Below are positions 25,308 through 38,671 of a DNA stretch of 64,000 nucleotides, one piece after another. The notes under the pieces were generated by a model. That model ran no database searches. It was not told the origin of the DNA and saw only the letters and a list, made by a program, of their open reading frames with translations. The translations under genes were made by a program, and so were the position numbers. The stretch lies in contig CM082593.2 in the NCBI GenBank assembly GCA_040954595.2, positions 11,793,477 through 11,857,476 on the forward strand, read 5' to 3'. The stretch comes from Balanoglossus misakiensis (lineage: Eukaryota > Animalia > Hemichordata). How positions within the stretch are numbered: position 1 is the stretch's first letter; each line of letters opens with the position of its first letter.

Positions 25308-25737
25308 ATAATAATAATAATAATAATAATTTATTTGTATAGCGTCAGTATCCACAAAAAATGTGATCAATGACGCTTAAAGCAAAAGTACAATACAACA
25401 CAACAAATGGCTAAAAAACAGATTTAAAAAGTAAAGTTTTAACATTTGATTTAAAAACAGATAAGTCTGGTGCCTGGCGAATGGTGAGTGGAAGATTATT
25501 CCAAAGAATTGGAGCAGCAACAGTAAAAGCACGATCACCATAACTCTTGGTGCGTGATCGAACAGGGCAGAGTTTGAACTGATCAGCTGACCTCAAATTG
25601 CGACACGGAACATATAGATTAGTCATGCTAGAAAGATAGATTGGACCAAGTTTATGAATGGATTTAAAAATGAGAACTAACATCTTAAAAACAATACGCT
25701 CTGTAACAGGTAGCCAGTGCAACTGATACAAAATGTG
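25308..25737 (-). mobile_element. L2 LINE 3' fragment with (TTA)n tail
   Basis: LHWLPVTERIVFK..YGDRAFTVAAPILWNNLP..FKSNVKTLLF; copy at about 48439-48880. Confidence 0.85.
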
Positions 25738-25988
25738 ACAGGTGATTTTTGAACGAGTAACAATTAGAAAGGGACAGCAGCTTAGCTCTATTCCTTTTCC
25801 AAAGTGTTTGTTCTTTTAAACTACCTGTTTTTTATTTATTCTGATTATGCTAATATGCTAATTTGTCGGTTTGTCACATCACAATTTTTGTAGGAAACTC
25901 ACCCCTGGGAATTTTTTTCAGCCACTGACATACATTCATAATCACATGACATTGATGATCATGGAAAATTTGACCCTTTTCCTTGTAG

Positions 25989-26111
25989 GACTCAACCAGT
26001 GTCCACCAAATCCGTGCCAGAATGGTGGCTTCTGTCAACCGGCTCGAAATTCCTGCTTTTATCTCACCTGCATATGTACTGGTTGCTACAAAGGTGATAG
26101 GTGTGAGATAT
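25989..26111 (+). pseudogene. 8-Cys EGF exon 3 (intact)
   Basis: LNQCPPNPCQNGGFCQPARNSCFYLTCICTGCYKGDRCEI; AG/GTaagt, 123 nt. Confidence 0.85.
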
Positions 26112-26665
26112 GTAAGTATACAGCGCAGTCTCTTTTACCTTTTGTCTCTGATGCATTCAAATACTGCATGTTTCCTGAGCATAGGTGTAGCCATCACCAC
26201 AGCAGAGCTTGGAGCGTTCTTGACATCGAATGCAAGATTACACTCTTCCCAATCAAAATCACTTTCGTAGCGCATAATGTCTTGATTGTCTTAGTTCAAG
26301 AAACATTATGCGCGACTGGCCAATTTTACAGCCTTTTGTCAACGCACATCCACTATGGAAATTCTCACTACAGGCCAGATAGTGTAAATTTGCATATGAG
26401 TCTACAGGTATGCTTGAAGTCAAGTCAAGCATTTGCAAGGAACCCTCCTCCAGTACACAGGTCTTTGATTTCATGAAGGGAAGCCCTTGCCTCACAGTCA
26501 CTGCCACATGATCTATGGAGGTGTGAACAACTTGATACCAGCCTAATATAAGTTGTAGGCACAGTCACTCCACACACCCTTGCCATAATTCTGCAAGGTT
26601 TTTGCCATATCTGTACTGTAGAATGAGTAGCAAGGAATAAAATGGCGTCCTTTCTTAATTTCCAG

Positions 26666-26780
26666 TGCAAAACCCCTGTGATCCCAACCCATGTATGAAT
26701 GGTGGATTTTGCCAGCAAACATCGTGCAATTTCTATTCATGCCAGTGTGTGAACTCTTACACAGGTGACATCTGTCAAAC
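26666..26780 (+). pseudogene. EGF exon 4, split from its last 2 nt and donor (33246-33247, GTgagt) by a transposon
   Basis: QNPCDPNPCMNGGFCQQTSCNFYSCQCVNSYTGDICQT. Confidence 0.8.
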
Positions 26781-29700
26781 CATAGACCCTAGAGAAAGAA
26801 GGACGAGCAACTGCGGCAAAGATCAAAGGGTTTGGGGATTATCTGTATGATGATGTTCTTTTGCATATAATTAACACCCAGGACAGTTGGACAATGACTT
26901 CCTTACTTCGGCACGTGTCGACCCCACCAGTGATGCGAAAACTTGCCACCAAACTGACACTCCTGCATTTCAGCAGCCACTGCGTTTTTTTCTAAAATTC
27001 TAAAAGTATTACGATGTCTGTGCTAATTATTATGGTCGTCTGTCGGATGAACGGTCATTTCTAGTGCCACAAGCTTCATTTAAAAATTGTAAACAAATCA
27101 TCCATGCCAAATTCCTGTTTAACTTGTGCAGATGTGTTCCATAAATGATTGCTGCGTTCAACCACGTTGCAGTTTTCTCGTCTTCTGCGAGATGTTCTAA
27201 GGTGTTTGTGATAACTTCACGCAAAACGCGAGACTTTGCGTTAGTTTATACACAGTTTATTTGCAAATTGGATTATTGGGATTTACCTGGAAATAATGTA
27301 TGCAAAAGAACATCATTTCAAGAAAAAACTGGAGTTGCGCGTCCTTCTTGCATGTCCGACTGGGCACTCATATTTCTTGGTAACGCTGACACTTTTCGTA
27401 ATAATTTTATGTTTGCGTGAAGCATTGAAACAAAAATTGTGGTTTAGGGGCATTTTATTTCGCAGTGCGTGAACAATAAAACAGATTTCACGAAAACAAT
27501 TTATAAACAAACTGGCTGGATTTTCATGTGTGCGCTATTGCCGCCAGGCAACCCTCGGTACGGTTAGCTCACAGCCTTGTGAAATACCCGGACTGTTAGA
27601 CAAAAGATGCTTGTTTTGGACGCTGTCAGACTCAGAGGTGCCAAATTCCTGTTTAACTTGTGCAGATGTGTTCCATAAATGATTGCTGCGTTCAACCACG
27701 TTGCAGTTTTCTCGTCTTCTGCGAGATGTTCTAAGGTGTTTGTGATAACTTCACGCAAAACGCGAGACTTTGCGTTAGTTTATACACAGTTTATTTGCAA
27801 ATTGGATTATTGGGATTTACCTGGAAATAATGTATGCAAAAGAACATCATTTCAAGAAAAAACTGGAGTTGCGCGTCCTTCTTGCATGTCCGACTGGGCA
27901 CTCATATTTCTTGGTAACGCTGACACTTTTCGTAATAATTTTATGTTTGCGTGAAGCATTGAAACAAAAATTGTGGTTTAGGGGCATTTTATTTCGCAGT
28001 GCGTGAACAATAAAACAGATTTCACGAAAACAATTTATAAACAAACTGGCTGGATTTTCATGTGTGCGCTATTGCCGCCAGGCAACCCTCGGTACGGTTA
28101 GCTCACAGCCTTGTGAAATACCCGGACTGTTAGACAAAAGATGCTTGTTTTGGACGCTGTCAGACTCAGAGGTGCCAAATTCCTGTTTAACTTGTGCAGA
28201 TGTGTTCCATAAATGATTGCTGCGTTCAACCACGTTGCAGTTTTCTCGTCTTCTGCGAGATGTTCTAAGGTGTTTGTGATAACTTCACGCAAAACGCGAG
28301 ACTTTGCGTTAGTTTATACACAGTTTATTTGCAAATTGGATTATTGGGATTTACCTGGAAATAATGTATGCAAAAGAACATCATTTCAAGAAAAAACTGG
28401 AGTTGCGCGTCCTTCTTGCATGTCCGACTGGGCACTCATATTTCTTGGTAACGCTGACACTTTTCGTAATAATTTTATGTTTGCGTGAAGCATTGAAACA
28501 AAAATTGTGGTTTAGGGGCATTTTATTTCGCAGTGCGTGAACAATAAAACAGATTTCACGAAAACAATTTATAAACAAACTGGCTGGATTTTCATGTGTG
28601 CGCTATTGCCGCCAGGCAACCCTCGGTACGGTTAGCTCACAGCCTTGTGAAATACCCGGACTGTTAGACAAAAGAGGCTTGTTTTGGACGCTGTCAGACT
28701 CAGAGGTGCCAAATTCCTGTTTAACTTGTGCAGATGTGTTCCATAAATGATTGCTGCGTTCAACCACGTTGCAGTTTTCTCGTCTTCTGCGAGATGTTCT
28801 AAGGTGTTTGTGATAACTTCACGCAAAACGCGAGACTTTGCGTTAGTTTATACACAGTTTATTTGCAAATTGGATTATTGGGATTTACCTGGAAATAATG
28901 TATGCAAAAGAACATCATTTCAAGAAAAAACTGGAGTTGCGCGTCCTTCTTGCATGTCCGACTGGGCACTCATATTTCTTGGTAACGCTGACACTTTTCG
29001 TAATAATTTTATGTTTGCGTGAAGCATTGAAACAAAAATTGTGGTTTAGGGGCATTTTATTTCGCAGTGCGTGAACAATAAAACAGATTTCACGAAAACA
29101 ATTTATAAACAAACTGGCTGGATTTTCATGTGTGCGCTATTGCCGCCAGGCAACCCTCGGTACGGTTAGCTCACAGCCTTGTGAAATACCCGGACTGTTA
29201 GACAAAAGATGCTTGTTTTGGACGCTGTCAGACTCAGAGGTGCCAAATTCCTGTTTAACTTGTGCAGATGTGTTCCATAAATGATTGCCGCGTTCAACCA
29301 CGTTGCAGTTTTCTCGTCTTCTGCGAGATGTTCTAAGGTGTTTGTGATAACTTCACGCAAAACGCGAGACTTTGCGTTAGTTTATACACAGTTTATTTGC
29401 AAATTGGATTATTGGGATTTACCTGGAAATAATGTATGCAAAAGAACATCATTTCAAGAAAAAACTGGAGTTGCGCGTCCTTCTTGCATGTCCGACTGGG
29501 CACTCATATTTCTTGGTAACGCTGACACTTTTCGTAATAATTTTATGTTTGCGTGAAGCATTGAAACAAAAATTGTGGTTTAGGGGCATTTTATTTCGCA
29601 GTGCGTGAACAATAAAACAGATTTCACGAAAACAATTTATAAACAAACTGGCTGGATTTTCATGTGTGCGCTATTGCCGCCAGGCAACCCTCGGTACGGT

Positions 29701-32700
29701 TAGCTCACAGCCTTGTGAAATACCCGGACTGTTAGACAAAAGATGCTTGTTTTGGACGCTGTCAGACTCAGAGGTGCCAAATTCCTGTTTAACTTGTGCA
29801 GATGTGTTCCATAAATGATTGCTGCGTTCAACCACGTTGCAGTTTTCTCGTCTTCTGCGAGATGTTCTAAGGTGTTTGTGATAACTTCACGCAAAACGCG
29901 AGACTTTGCGTTAGTTTATACACAGTTTATTTGCAAATTGGATTATTGGGATTTACCTGGAAATAATGTATGCAAAAGAACATCATTTCAAGAAAAAACT
30001 GGAGTTGCGCGTCCTTCTTGCATGTCCGACTGGGCACTCATATTTCTTGGTAACGCTGACACTTTTCGTAATAATTTTATGTTTGCGTGAAGCATTGAAA
30101 CAAAAATTGTGGTTTAGGGGCATTTTATTTCGCAGTGCGTGAACAATAAAACAGATTTCACGAAAACAATTTATAAACAAACTGGCTGGATTTTCATGTG
30201 TGCGCTATTGCCGCCAGGCAACCCTCGGTACGGTTAGCTCACAGCCTTGTGAAATACCCGGACTGTTAGACAAAAGATGCTTGTTTTGGACGCTGTCAGA
30301 CTCAGAGGTGCCAAATTCCTGTTTAACTTGTGCAGATGTGTTCCATAAATGATTGCTGCGTTCAACCACGTTGCAGTTTTCTCGTCTTCTGCGAGATGTT
30401 CTAAGGTGTTTGTGATAACTTCACGCAAAACGCGAGACTTTGCGTTAGTTTATACACAGTTTATTTGCAAATTGGATTATTGGGATTTACCTGGAAATAA
30501 TGTATGCAAAAGAACATCATTTCAAGAAAAAACTGGAGTTGCGCGTCCTTCTTGCATGTCCGACTGGGCACTCATATTTCTTGGTAACGCTGACACTTTT
30601 CGTAATAATTTTATGTTTGCGTGAAGCATTGAAACAAAAATTGTGGTTTAGGGGCATTTTATTTCGCAGTGCGTGAACAATAAAACAGATTTCACGAAAA
30701 CAATTTATAAACAAACTGGCTGGATTTTCATGTGTGCGCTATTGCCGCCAGGCAACCCTCGGTACGGTTAGCTCACAGCCTTGTGAAATACCCGGACTGT
30801 TAGACAAAAGATGCTTGTTTTGGACGCTGTCAGACTCAGAGGTGCCAAATTCCTGTTTAACTTGTGCAGATGTGTTCCATAAATGATTGCTGCGTTCAAC
30901 CACGTTGCAGTTTTCTCGTCTTCTGCGAGATGTTCTAAGGTGTTTGTGATAACTTCACGCAAAACGCGAGACTTTGCGTTAGTTTATACACAGTTTATTT
31001 GCAAATTGGATTATTGGGATTTACCTGGAAATAATGTATGCAAAAGAACATCATTTCAAGAAAAAACTGGAGTTGCGCGTCCTTCTTGCATGTCCGACTG
31101 GGCACTCATATTTCTTGGTAACGCTGACACTTTTCGTAATAATTTTATGTTTGCGTGAAGCATTGAAACAAAAATTGTGGTTTAGGGGCATTTTATTTCG
31201 CAGTGCGTGAACAATAAAACAGATTTCACGAAAACAATTTATAAACAAACTGGCTGGATTTTCATGTGTGCGCTATTGCCGCCAGGCAACCCTCGGTACG
31301 GTTAGCTCACAGCCTTGTGAAATACCCGGACTGTTAGACAAAAGAGGCTTGTTTTGGACGCTGTCAGACTCAGAGGTGCCAAATTCCTGTTTAACTTGTG
31401 CAGATGTGTTCCATAAATGATTGCTGCGTTCAACCACGTTGCAGTTTTCTCGTCTTCTGCGAGATGTTCTAAGGTGTTTGTGATAACTTCACGCAAAACG
31501 CGAGACTTTGCGTTAGTTTATACACAGTTTATTTGCAAATTGGATTATTGGGATTTACCTGGAAATAATGTATGCAAAAGAACATCATTTCAAGAAAAAA
31601 CTGGAGTTGCGCGTCCTTCTTGCATGTCCGACTGGGCACTCATATTTCTTGGTAACGCTGACACTTTTCGTAATAATTTTATGTTTGCGTGAAGCATTGA
31701 AACAAAAATTGTGGTTTAGGGGCATTTTATTTCGCAGTGCGTGAACAATAAAACAGATTTCACGAAAACAATTTATAAACAAACTGGCTGGATTTTCATG
31801 TGTGCGCTATTGCCGCCAGGCAACCCTCGGTACGGTTAGCTCACAGCCTTGTGAAATACCCGGACTGTTAGACAAAAGATGCTTGTTTTGGACGCTGTCA
31901 GACTCAGAGGTGCCAAATTCCTGTTTAACTTGTGCAGATGTGTTCCATAAATGATTGCCGCGTTCAACCACGTTGCAGTTTTCTCGTCTTCTGCGAGATG
32001 TTCTAAGGTGTTTGTGATAACTTCACGCAAAACGCGAGACTTTGCGTTAGTTTATACACAGTTTATTTGCAAATTGGATTATTGGGATTTACCTGGAAAT
32101 AATGTATGCAAAAGAACATCATTTCAAGAAAAAACTGGAGTTGCGCGTCCTTCTTGCATGTCCGACTGGGCACTCATATTTCTTGGTAACGCTGACACTT
32201 TTCGTAATAATTTTATGTTTGCGTGAAGCATTGAAACAAAAATTGTGGTTTAGGGGCATTTTATTTCGCAGTGCGTGAACAATAAAACAGATTTCACGAA
32301 AACAATTTATAAACAAACTGGCTGGATTTTCATGTGTGCGCTATTGCCGCCAGGCAACCCTCGGTACGGTTAGCTCACAGCCTTGTGAAATACCCGGACT
32401 GTTAGACAAAAGATGCTTGTTTTGGACGCTGTCAGACTCAGAGGTGCCAAATTCCTGTTTAACTTGTGCAGATGTGTTCCATAAATGATTGCTGCGTTCA
32501 ACCACGTTGCAGTTTTCTCGTCTTCTGCGAGATGTTCTAAGGTGTTTGTGATAACTTCACGCAAAACGCGAGACTTTGCGTTAGTTTATACACAGTTTAT
32601 TTGCAAATTGGATTATTGGGATTTACCTGGAAATAATGTATGCAAAAGAACATCATTTCAAGAAAAAACTGGAGTTGCGCGTCCTTCTTGCATGTCCGAC

Positions 32701-33238
32701 TGGGCACTCATATTTCTTGGTAACGCTGACACTTTTCGTAATAATTTTATGTTTGCGTGAAGCATTGAAACAAAAATTGTGGTTTAGGGGCATTTTATTT
32801 CGCAGTGCGTGAACAATAAAACAGATTTCACGAAAACAATTTATAAACAAACTGGCTGGATTTTCATGTGTGCGCTATTGCCGCCAGGCAACCCTCGGTA
32901 CGGTTAGCTCACAGCCTTGTGAAATACCCGGACTGTTAGACAAAAGATGCTTGTTTTGGACGCTGTCAGACTCAGAGGTGCCAAATTCCTGTTTAACTTG
33001 TGCAGATGTGTTCCATAAATGATTGCTGCGTTCAACCACGTTGCAGTTTTCTCGTCTTCTGCGAGATGTTCTAAGGTGTTTGTGATAACTTCACGCAAAA
33101 CGCGAGACTTTGCGTTAGTTTATACACAGTTTATTTGCAAATTGGATTATTGGGATTTACCTGGAAATAATGTATGCAAAAGAACATCATTTCAAGAAAA
33201 AACTGGAGTTGCGCGTCCTTCTTTCTCTAGGGTCCATG
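26781..33238. mobile_element. Non-autonomous P-superfamily-like element carrying the 534-bp satellite
   Basis: TIR catagaccctagagaaagaaggacg / cgtccttctttctctagggtccatg; 7-bp TSD GTCAAAC (26774-26780, 33239-33245). CATRG ends and 7-8-bp TSDs are typical of P elements. Confidence 0.8.
27105..33223 (+). repeat. 534-bp tandem array, about 11.5 near-identical copies, 5-mer higher-order structure
   Basis: ORF track repeats every 534 bp; variants at 28676/31346 and 29289/31959 are each 2670 bp apart. Confidence 0.95.
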
Positions 33239-33493
33239 GTCAAACAAGTGAGTATATACTTTCAAGACACCCTGCAAACAAACAAGCAATCTTTATTCCG
33301 TAGATCTTTAAGCATATTTATGCATTGTATATTTTGATGTGAAACTTCAAATTTTATTGGTCTTGTTGCCAAACTTCTGAAGAAATGAGGATATTGTTTT
33401 GAAGGGTATTTTATCAGTAGATAACAAATACCATGGCCCTCCATGCAAATACCCACATGGTAAATTAAAACTGTTACAGGTGTATTTGATTTA

Positions 33494-33802
33494 AGCAATA
33501 AAACACCCCCAGCCATGGTATACCACGAGATTTTGACCAGTTCACGACATATACGCACGAGCGATAGCGAGTGCGTATATGGAGTTGAACTGGTCAAAAT
33601 CGAGTGGTATACCATGGCTGGGGGTGTTTTATTGCTATTATATTATGCCAGTATATTGAAACTTTGCATAAAACATTTTAAAAAGGCATTTTCTTTGACT
33701 ATGATATATGACTGTGGTATATGGCTAATATATCCTGGTCACGTGTCGTGTCTCGACCAATCAAATAGCGTGATTTACACCTTCAATATACTGGTATAAT
33801 AT
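33494..33802. mobile_element. Hairpin-ended non-autonomous element (Crypton-like)
   Basis: Near-perfect 143-bp palindrome 33494-33636, followed by a cacgtg..ccaatca..tataat end like the reverse of 14532-14590; copy at 51296-51604. Confidence 0.5.
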
Positions 33803-34036
33803 AATTCCACATATGGATTACATGTGGGATAATATTGGGTGCTGGCAGTTTCAGTAAATGAACTGCTCTTAAAAGTTGGGTGTCAGGGCACCCTTGACTT
33901 CTTATTGTTCAGTTATACATTTAGGAGGCTCAGTTATAGGAGAACCCGATAGAACCACAGCTGTAGGAATTAGGGAAATGGTCATACCCTAAATAACTTA
34001 TGTCACTACTATTTTTTTTTCATGCCATTGAAACAG

Positions 34037-34153
34037 AACAAACTCCATGTAGGCCAAGTCCATGCCTGAACAATGGGCGGTGTACTCAGCTGTCTTGTAC
34101 AACTTATGAGTGTACTTGTCCAGGATGTTTCACCGGCACACACTGCAGCCAGT
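34037..34153 (+). pseudogene. 8-Cys EGF exon 5
   Basis: QTPCRPSPCLNNGRCTQLSCTTYECTCPGCFTGTHCSQ; 117 nt; weak donor GTaaaa. Confidence 0.8.
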
Positions 34154-34544
34154 GTAAAACTCATTAAAACAAACATTTGTCATGCAGGAACTAACATTTA
34201 CAATCATGTCTCAATACATTGTCTGTTGGTCATACTTTATATTTTCATCTTCAGCATCACACCTTGGTCCTTGGGAATCGGTCACCTCAAAAATGATGTA
34301 CAGCTGAAAGAAAACATGTTTATTTGAAGAAAAAACTGTTGATCGTTCATGAAAATTTTCCCTACACAAGATACATATACAGAGATTTTCATAGCCCCAT
34401 AAGTGCGTCCCAGAATGAGCAAGTTGTTTTTGGAAGTGAAGTTCCGTTCAGTATTTACAGTAATGGTAATGATGATGTTTTCATCAAACAGATTTTGAAA
34501 GTAAATATTGCTGAGATAACATTAGGTTGCACTTTTTATTGCAG

Positions 34545-34667
34545 TCCAAGATCCAGGCCAGCGAAACAGCTGTCTCAACGGGGCTGTATGTAATGCAGTG
34601 GCCAACTCCTGCACGGCATATACCTGTGCCTGTACTGGTTGCTATGAGGGTAACCGTTGTGAAATAT
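34545..34667 (+). pseudogene. EGF exon 6 (Cys1>Gly)
   Basis: QDPGQRNSCLNGAVCNAVANSCTAYTCACTGCYEGNRCEI; AG/GTaagt. Confidence 0.8.
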
Positions 34668-35242
34668 GTAAGTTTCTGACGTACCGTAAATGACAATCTT
34701 TTGGGCACTTTCTCTTCATGGCAATTGAATTGTGTGGTAACTTCTCATTTCTAAAATTTCCCCAAGAGAAAAGAAAGGAAAAGGAAACAGAAATTTCATT
34801 TGTATGTCCGTGCAATTTAGGATAGGCACGAACTTGTGAGGAAGTGTACGAAGTTGGATGTTTTCATCACTCAAATATACAAGAGTTGCCTCTTGAAGAC
34901 TAGTGTCTGTAGAGATAATTGTGCATGTGAGGTAATCTCTCCTAAGGTGGTGCACACCTCTGAGTATTAAGTAAAAGAGACGTCCTTAATTATCCTTACT
35001 ATTTGGCTTGAAAAATCAATCTTACTAGGTGTTCTGATTAGAGAGGTGTCCATAAAGACAGGTTTTACTGTATTACCCAAAATAGAGACATTGTCCCTTC
35101 ATCATATACTTAATGCGTGTTCTGGGTATGGTTCCAGTATAATGCTTGTGTCAAAGGATTTTGTTGTGGTGCAGGAATCATCTTTGGTTGATGTGTAGCC
35201 ATCTGCATTTCATGTGTTTTAAACTATTTTTTTTTCTGATTG

Positions 35243-35365
35243 TCATTAACCCATGTGATCAGAATCCGTGTCAAAATGGAGGCTATTGTTCCAAAACACC
35301 AAATTCTTATACTGACTACACCTGTTACTGCCAGTAGTGTTGGACTGGGGCCATCTGTGCCGTAG
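35243..35365 (+). pseudogene. EGF exon 7 (acceptor AG>TG, TAG stop)
   Basis: INPCDQNPCQNGGYCSKTPNSYTDYTCYCQ*CWTGAICAV. Confidence 0.8.
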
Positions 35366-35759
35366 GTGTGTCGAATTACTGTTTTATGACACAGCGTGGT
35401 ATATAAACCCTCATTTTTGGTATTCTCAATGTGATAGATGGACCCATACACCAATAAATGGGGTGGAAGCATTACTAAGTTTCATCCTTTCAAAATTTGC
35501 TGATGTAGGGTCAAAATTGAGTGTGAGGTGCATGTTAAAAAGGAAAGCCTTCTGTATCATGTTGATGGCACATTTTTTTAATTTTTCAAGATTCTTACAG
35601 AAAAATCCTAGCAATAGCATCATTATGTTATTTTAAATGTAAAGGTTTGAAACAAGGAATGAAGACATTGCTCACATATTTAAACGAAATGAACATCACA
35701 AGTACATGTACAAGTTTTTGACAAGCAGGTAATTGATACTTTCATTTTTGTTTTGGCAG

Positions 35760-35879
35760 CCATTGATCAGTTATACCCTATGCCTTGTCAAAATGGTGGC
35801 ACATGCGTTGCGTGAGACGGCTGTTTCCTGTTTGACTGTATGTGTACCGAATGCTTCACTGGTGCCACATGTACAATGC
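35760..35879 (+). pseudogene. EGF exon 8 (TGA stop)
   Basis: IDQLYPMPCQNGGTCVA*DGCFLFDCMCTECFTGATCTM; AG/GTaagt. Confidence 0.8.
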
Positions 35880-36174
35880 GTAAGTACTAACCAATATTAT
35901 TTTATTCAATGCAAAACACTTGTTATGTATTATATAATATAAGTACGGTACACATATTAAAGCCCTGGTAACTCAAAGTTTGGGCTAGCTTAATGTTATC
36001 ACTATTTTTGTTTTCGGTTGCAACTGTGGTTTCTTGTCACACTCTAAAGGATTTCACAGCATTTGGTTTTTCAAAACAGCCCTTTGGTTGTTGTCATGTA
36101 TACATGTACATGACTGTGGAGTGTAGTTTGTAGATTCTGTAATTTTGACAATATCTTGACTGCACATCCCACAG

Positions 36175-36297
36175 CTGTCAACCAGTGTCAACCCATCCAG
36201 TGTCGGAATGGTGGAAACTGTGTGCTGACGCCCAATTGGTGTACTGAATTCACATGCTCCTGTACAAGCTGTTACTCCGGCGATTTATGTCAGACAT
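36175..36297 (+). pseudogene. 8-Cys EGF exon 9 (intact)
   Basis: VNQCQPIQCRNGGNCVLTPNWCTEFTCSCTSCYSGDLCQT; AG/GTgagt. Confidence 0.8.
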
Positions 36298-36681
36298 GTG
36301 AGTGATTTTAAATTTCAGATGAAGAGGAACATAATAACATAACACATAATCGGCTTGCAGTTGGTTTCTTCCAACCTGTATCAAACAGTGAATAACGACA
36401 CAATTTTGGGGAAATTTATTAAGAATGTGTGTGCCATAAAAGGGGATTGTGTATTTGACCAAATAACAACCTGCACCGGATGGTACACTAAGACACTATT
36501 ACACCTGTGTCAAAATTTCATTACGTTTCTTTTGTTGAACATGGAAGAAATTTGTCACAGTGATGTTCTGTTGACCAACTGAGATTTTTACCACTCAACC
36601 CTGACTGCACAAATCTGTTTAAAGTATATGTAGTAAATATTAACTGTACACAATTTATATCACTTTCTCTTCTGTGCACAG

Positions 36682-36798
36682 ATTTGAATCCGTGTCAGCC
36701 CAACCCTTGTCTAAACAGTGGATTCTGCCAGCAAGTGTCCTGCACCGAGTTCAGATGCCAGAGTCCACGCTGTTTCATCGGAACCACGTGCGCTGAAC
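36682..36798 (+). pseudogene. EGF exon 10
   Basis: LNPCQPNPCLNSGFCQQVSCTEFRCQSPRCFIGTTCAE; AG/GTaagc. Confidence 0.8.
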
Positions 36799-37245
36799 GT
36801 AAGCAAACCAGTGTCAGACTTCCCGCACAAAGTATAAATCGCTGGGCTTTGTCATTGATATTGTCTCAATAAAGTTGCCTGTGATTGTGCAGCTAACCAA
36901 GAGACTTATATGCACTACGGTAGCCATGATGAATACTTTCATTGACTCAAATGCTCATCAGTGTAGATGTTGCTATTTTTCCAACCGTAAATTGAAACAT
37001 CAGAAAGTTATGACATCAACTACCCCCACCCCCACCCCACCCACCCCAAACTAGTAAATATTATAAGATTCAGTAATTATGATAAAGATGGTAGCACCAA
37101 GCTTGGATCAAGTGGTCTTCATTATCCTTCACACATGAACATGATCACACGGATGTGCAATCTTCTGACAGTCTGCTACAGATTTCACTTCCCACTCAAG
37201 TGTGTAAGACCCTAATGTGATACTTTTCATTTCTCTCACCCTTAG

Positions 37246-37368
37246 CGATCAACCAGTGTCTTCTAAACCCATGTCTGAATAACGGAGTGTATCAGCCACT
37301 TCAAGGCTCCTGCTCAATCTACACCTGCAACTGTCCAACCTGCTACACTGGGCAAACATGTGTTACAT
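37246..37368 (+). pseudogene. EGF exon 11
   Basis: INQCLLNPCLNNGVYQPLQGSCSIYTCNCPTCYTGQTCVT; AG/GTaagt. Confidence 0.8.
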
Positions 37369-38671
37369 GTAAGTCACAAGTTTTTAGGTCCCATTGGTAT
37401 GTACCATGGGAACTTATGGGATTGGTTACGTCTGTATGTATGGATGGATGGATGGATGTATGTCTGTATGTCCGTCCACATGAAAAACTTGAAAACCGCA
37501 GCGCGTATGACCTCGATATTTGGCGTGTAGATGCAGGCAGGGCTGTAGATGGGAGTTTGTTCAAATGAAGATGTCATTGCCAAAAATATGCAAATTAGCT
37601 GGGAAAATGTGAAATTGGTCAAAACTCAAAAACTGGACAACCACTGGTCATATTGATTTGAAAAATGGTATGCATGTACCTTATATCAACCTCATACAAC
37701 CCTGTATGTTTTGAGCTAATATTATCGATTTCCTATTTTTTTTGCATTTATTTGTATTTTTCCATGTTATTGGTAAAAGTCTTTGAAATTTAGTATGAAG
37801 CCTCCTAATGTTGTCTAAGTAACCATAGTTTTGTTCAAATTGTTGCAAAATTTGCATATCTATAATTTTGAGCATTATTTGCCATTTTTGGTCAAAAAAT
37901 GTTTTTCTTTAAAACCTCATGCCAGATTGCTTTGCAATTTGGTAGGCATGTTCGTAGGGGTAACCTAAATAATATGTTGTAAAAAATGTGATATTTGCAT
38001 AAATGTGTTATCGGGGAAACTTTTGCAATTTTTGTCAAAAATTGTTTTCACTGAAACCGCTTGTCCTATTGCATTGAACTTAGGCAGCATGTTCCTTGTA
38101 GTGATTGAAGTAAGATATTGTACAATTTTGGTGATAACAGTATAGAAAACATTTTCCAATTTCCGAAAAACCTCTTTTTTACATAATTACTGCTGAAAAA
38201 GTTAGAAATTTATGAAAATATTCCCTATTCTTTGCCAATTTCTAATGAGAAAACTACATAAAGGTATGCTTAGTCTCTTTCTTGCAGCTGTACAGCAGGA
38301 AAAATGCATTTTGTCATATTTTGGCTTTAAACTCAAATTAAAATTTATCTGTGAAAAAACTGAGTCTCCTTCAAAGCCACGTACATGACAGTCCTTTTGA
38401 TTTTTTTCTAAAGAAATTTTGTCTCCATGTTTATCATGAGTAATATTTCTACTGAAAATTTGCAAGTGTGTGAATTGTTTGTAAAATTTCGCTAGAAAAA
38501 ACAATAGCATCAAAAAGTAAATCTGAAACCCAATATTTATTACAAGAATTGTTAGATTAATATCCGTATCACACAAATCCGTTGGATTTCGTATGAATTT
38601 TAGGAAATAAGCACTGCTCATTGACAAATCCATATTTTGCAGCTGAAATACTTGGAAAAGAGTCAGTGGCA

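Noticed and set aside
25871-26476. 201-aa ORF as a complete gene
   Set aside because: Only 25989-26111 is exon; the rest is intron read-through.
27105-33223. Repeated 91/65/64-aa ORFs as a gene array, or the array as CRISPR
   Set aside because: They are by-products of near-identical 534-bp monomers inside a TIR element, with no unique spacers, no cas genes and no protein motif.
6285-35815. Stop-codon reassignment or selenocysteine to explain in-frame TAA/TAG/TGA
   Set aside because: All three stop types occur along with frameshifts, lost cysteines, mutated acceptors and a TE in an exon; ordinary pseudogene decay explains them.
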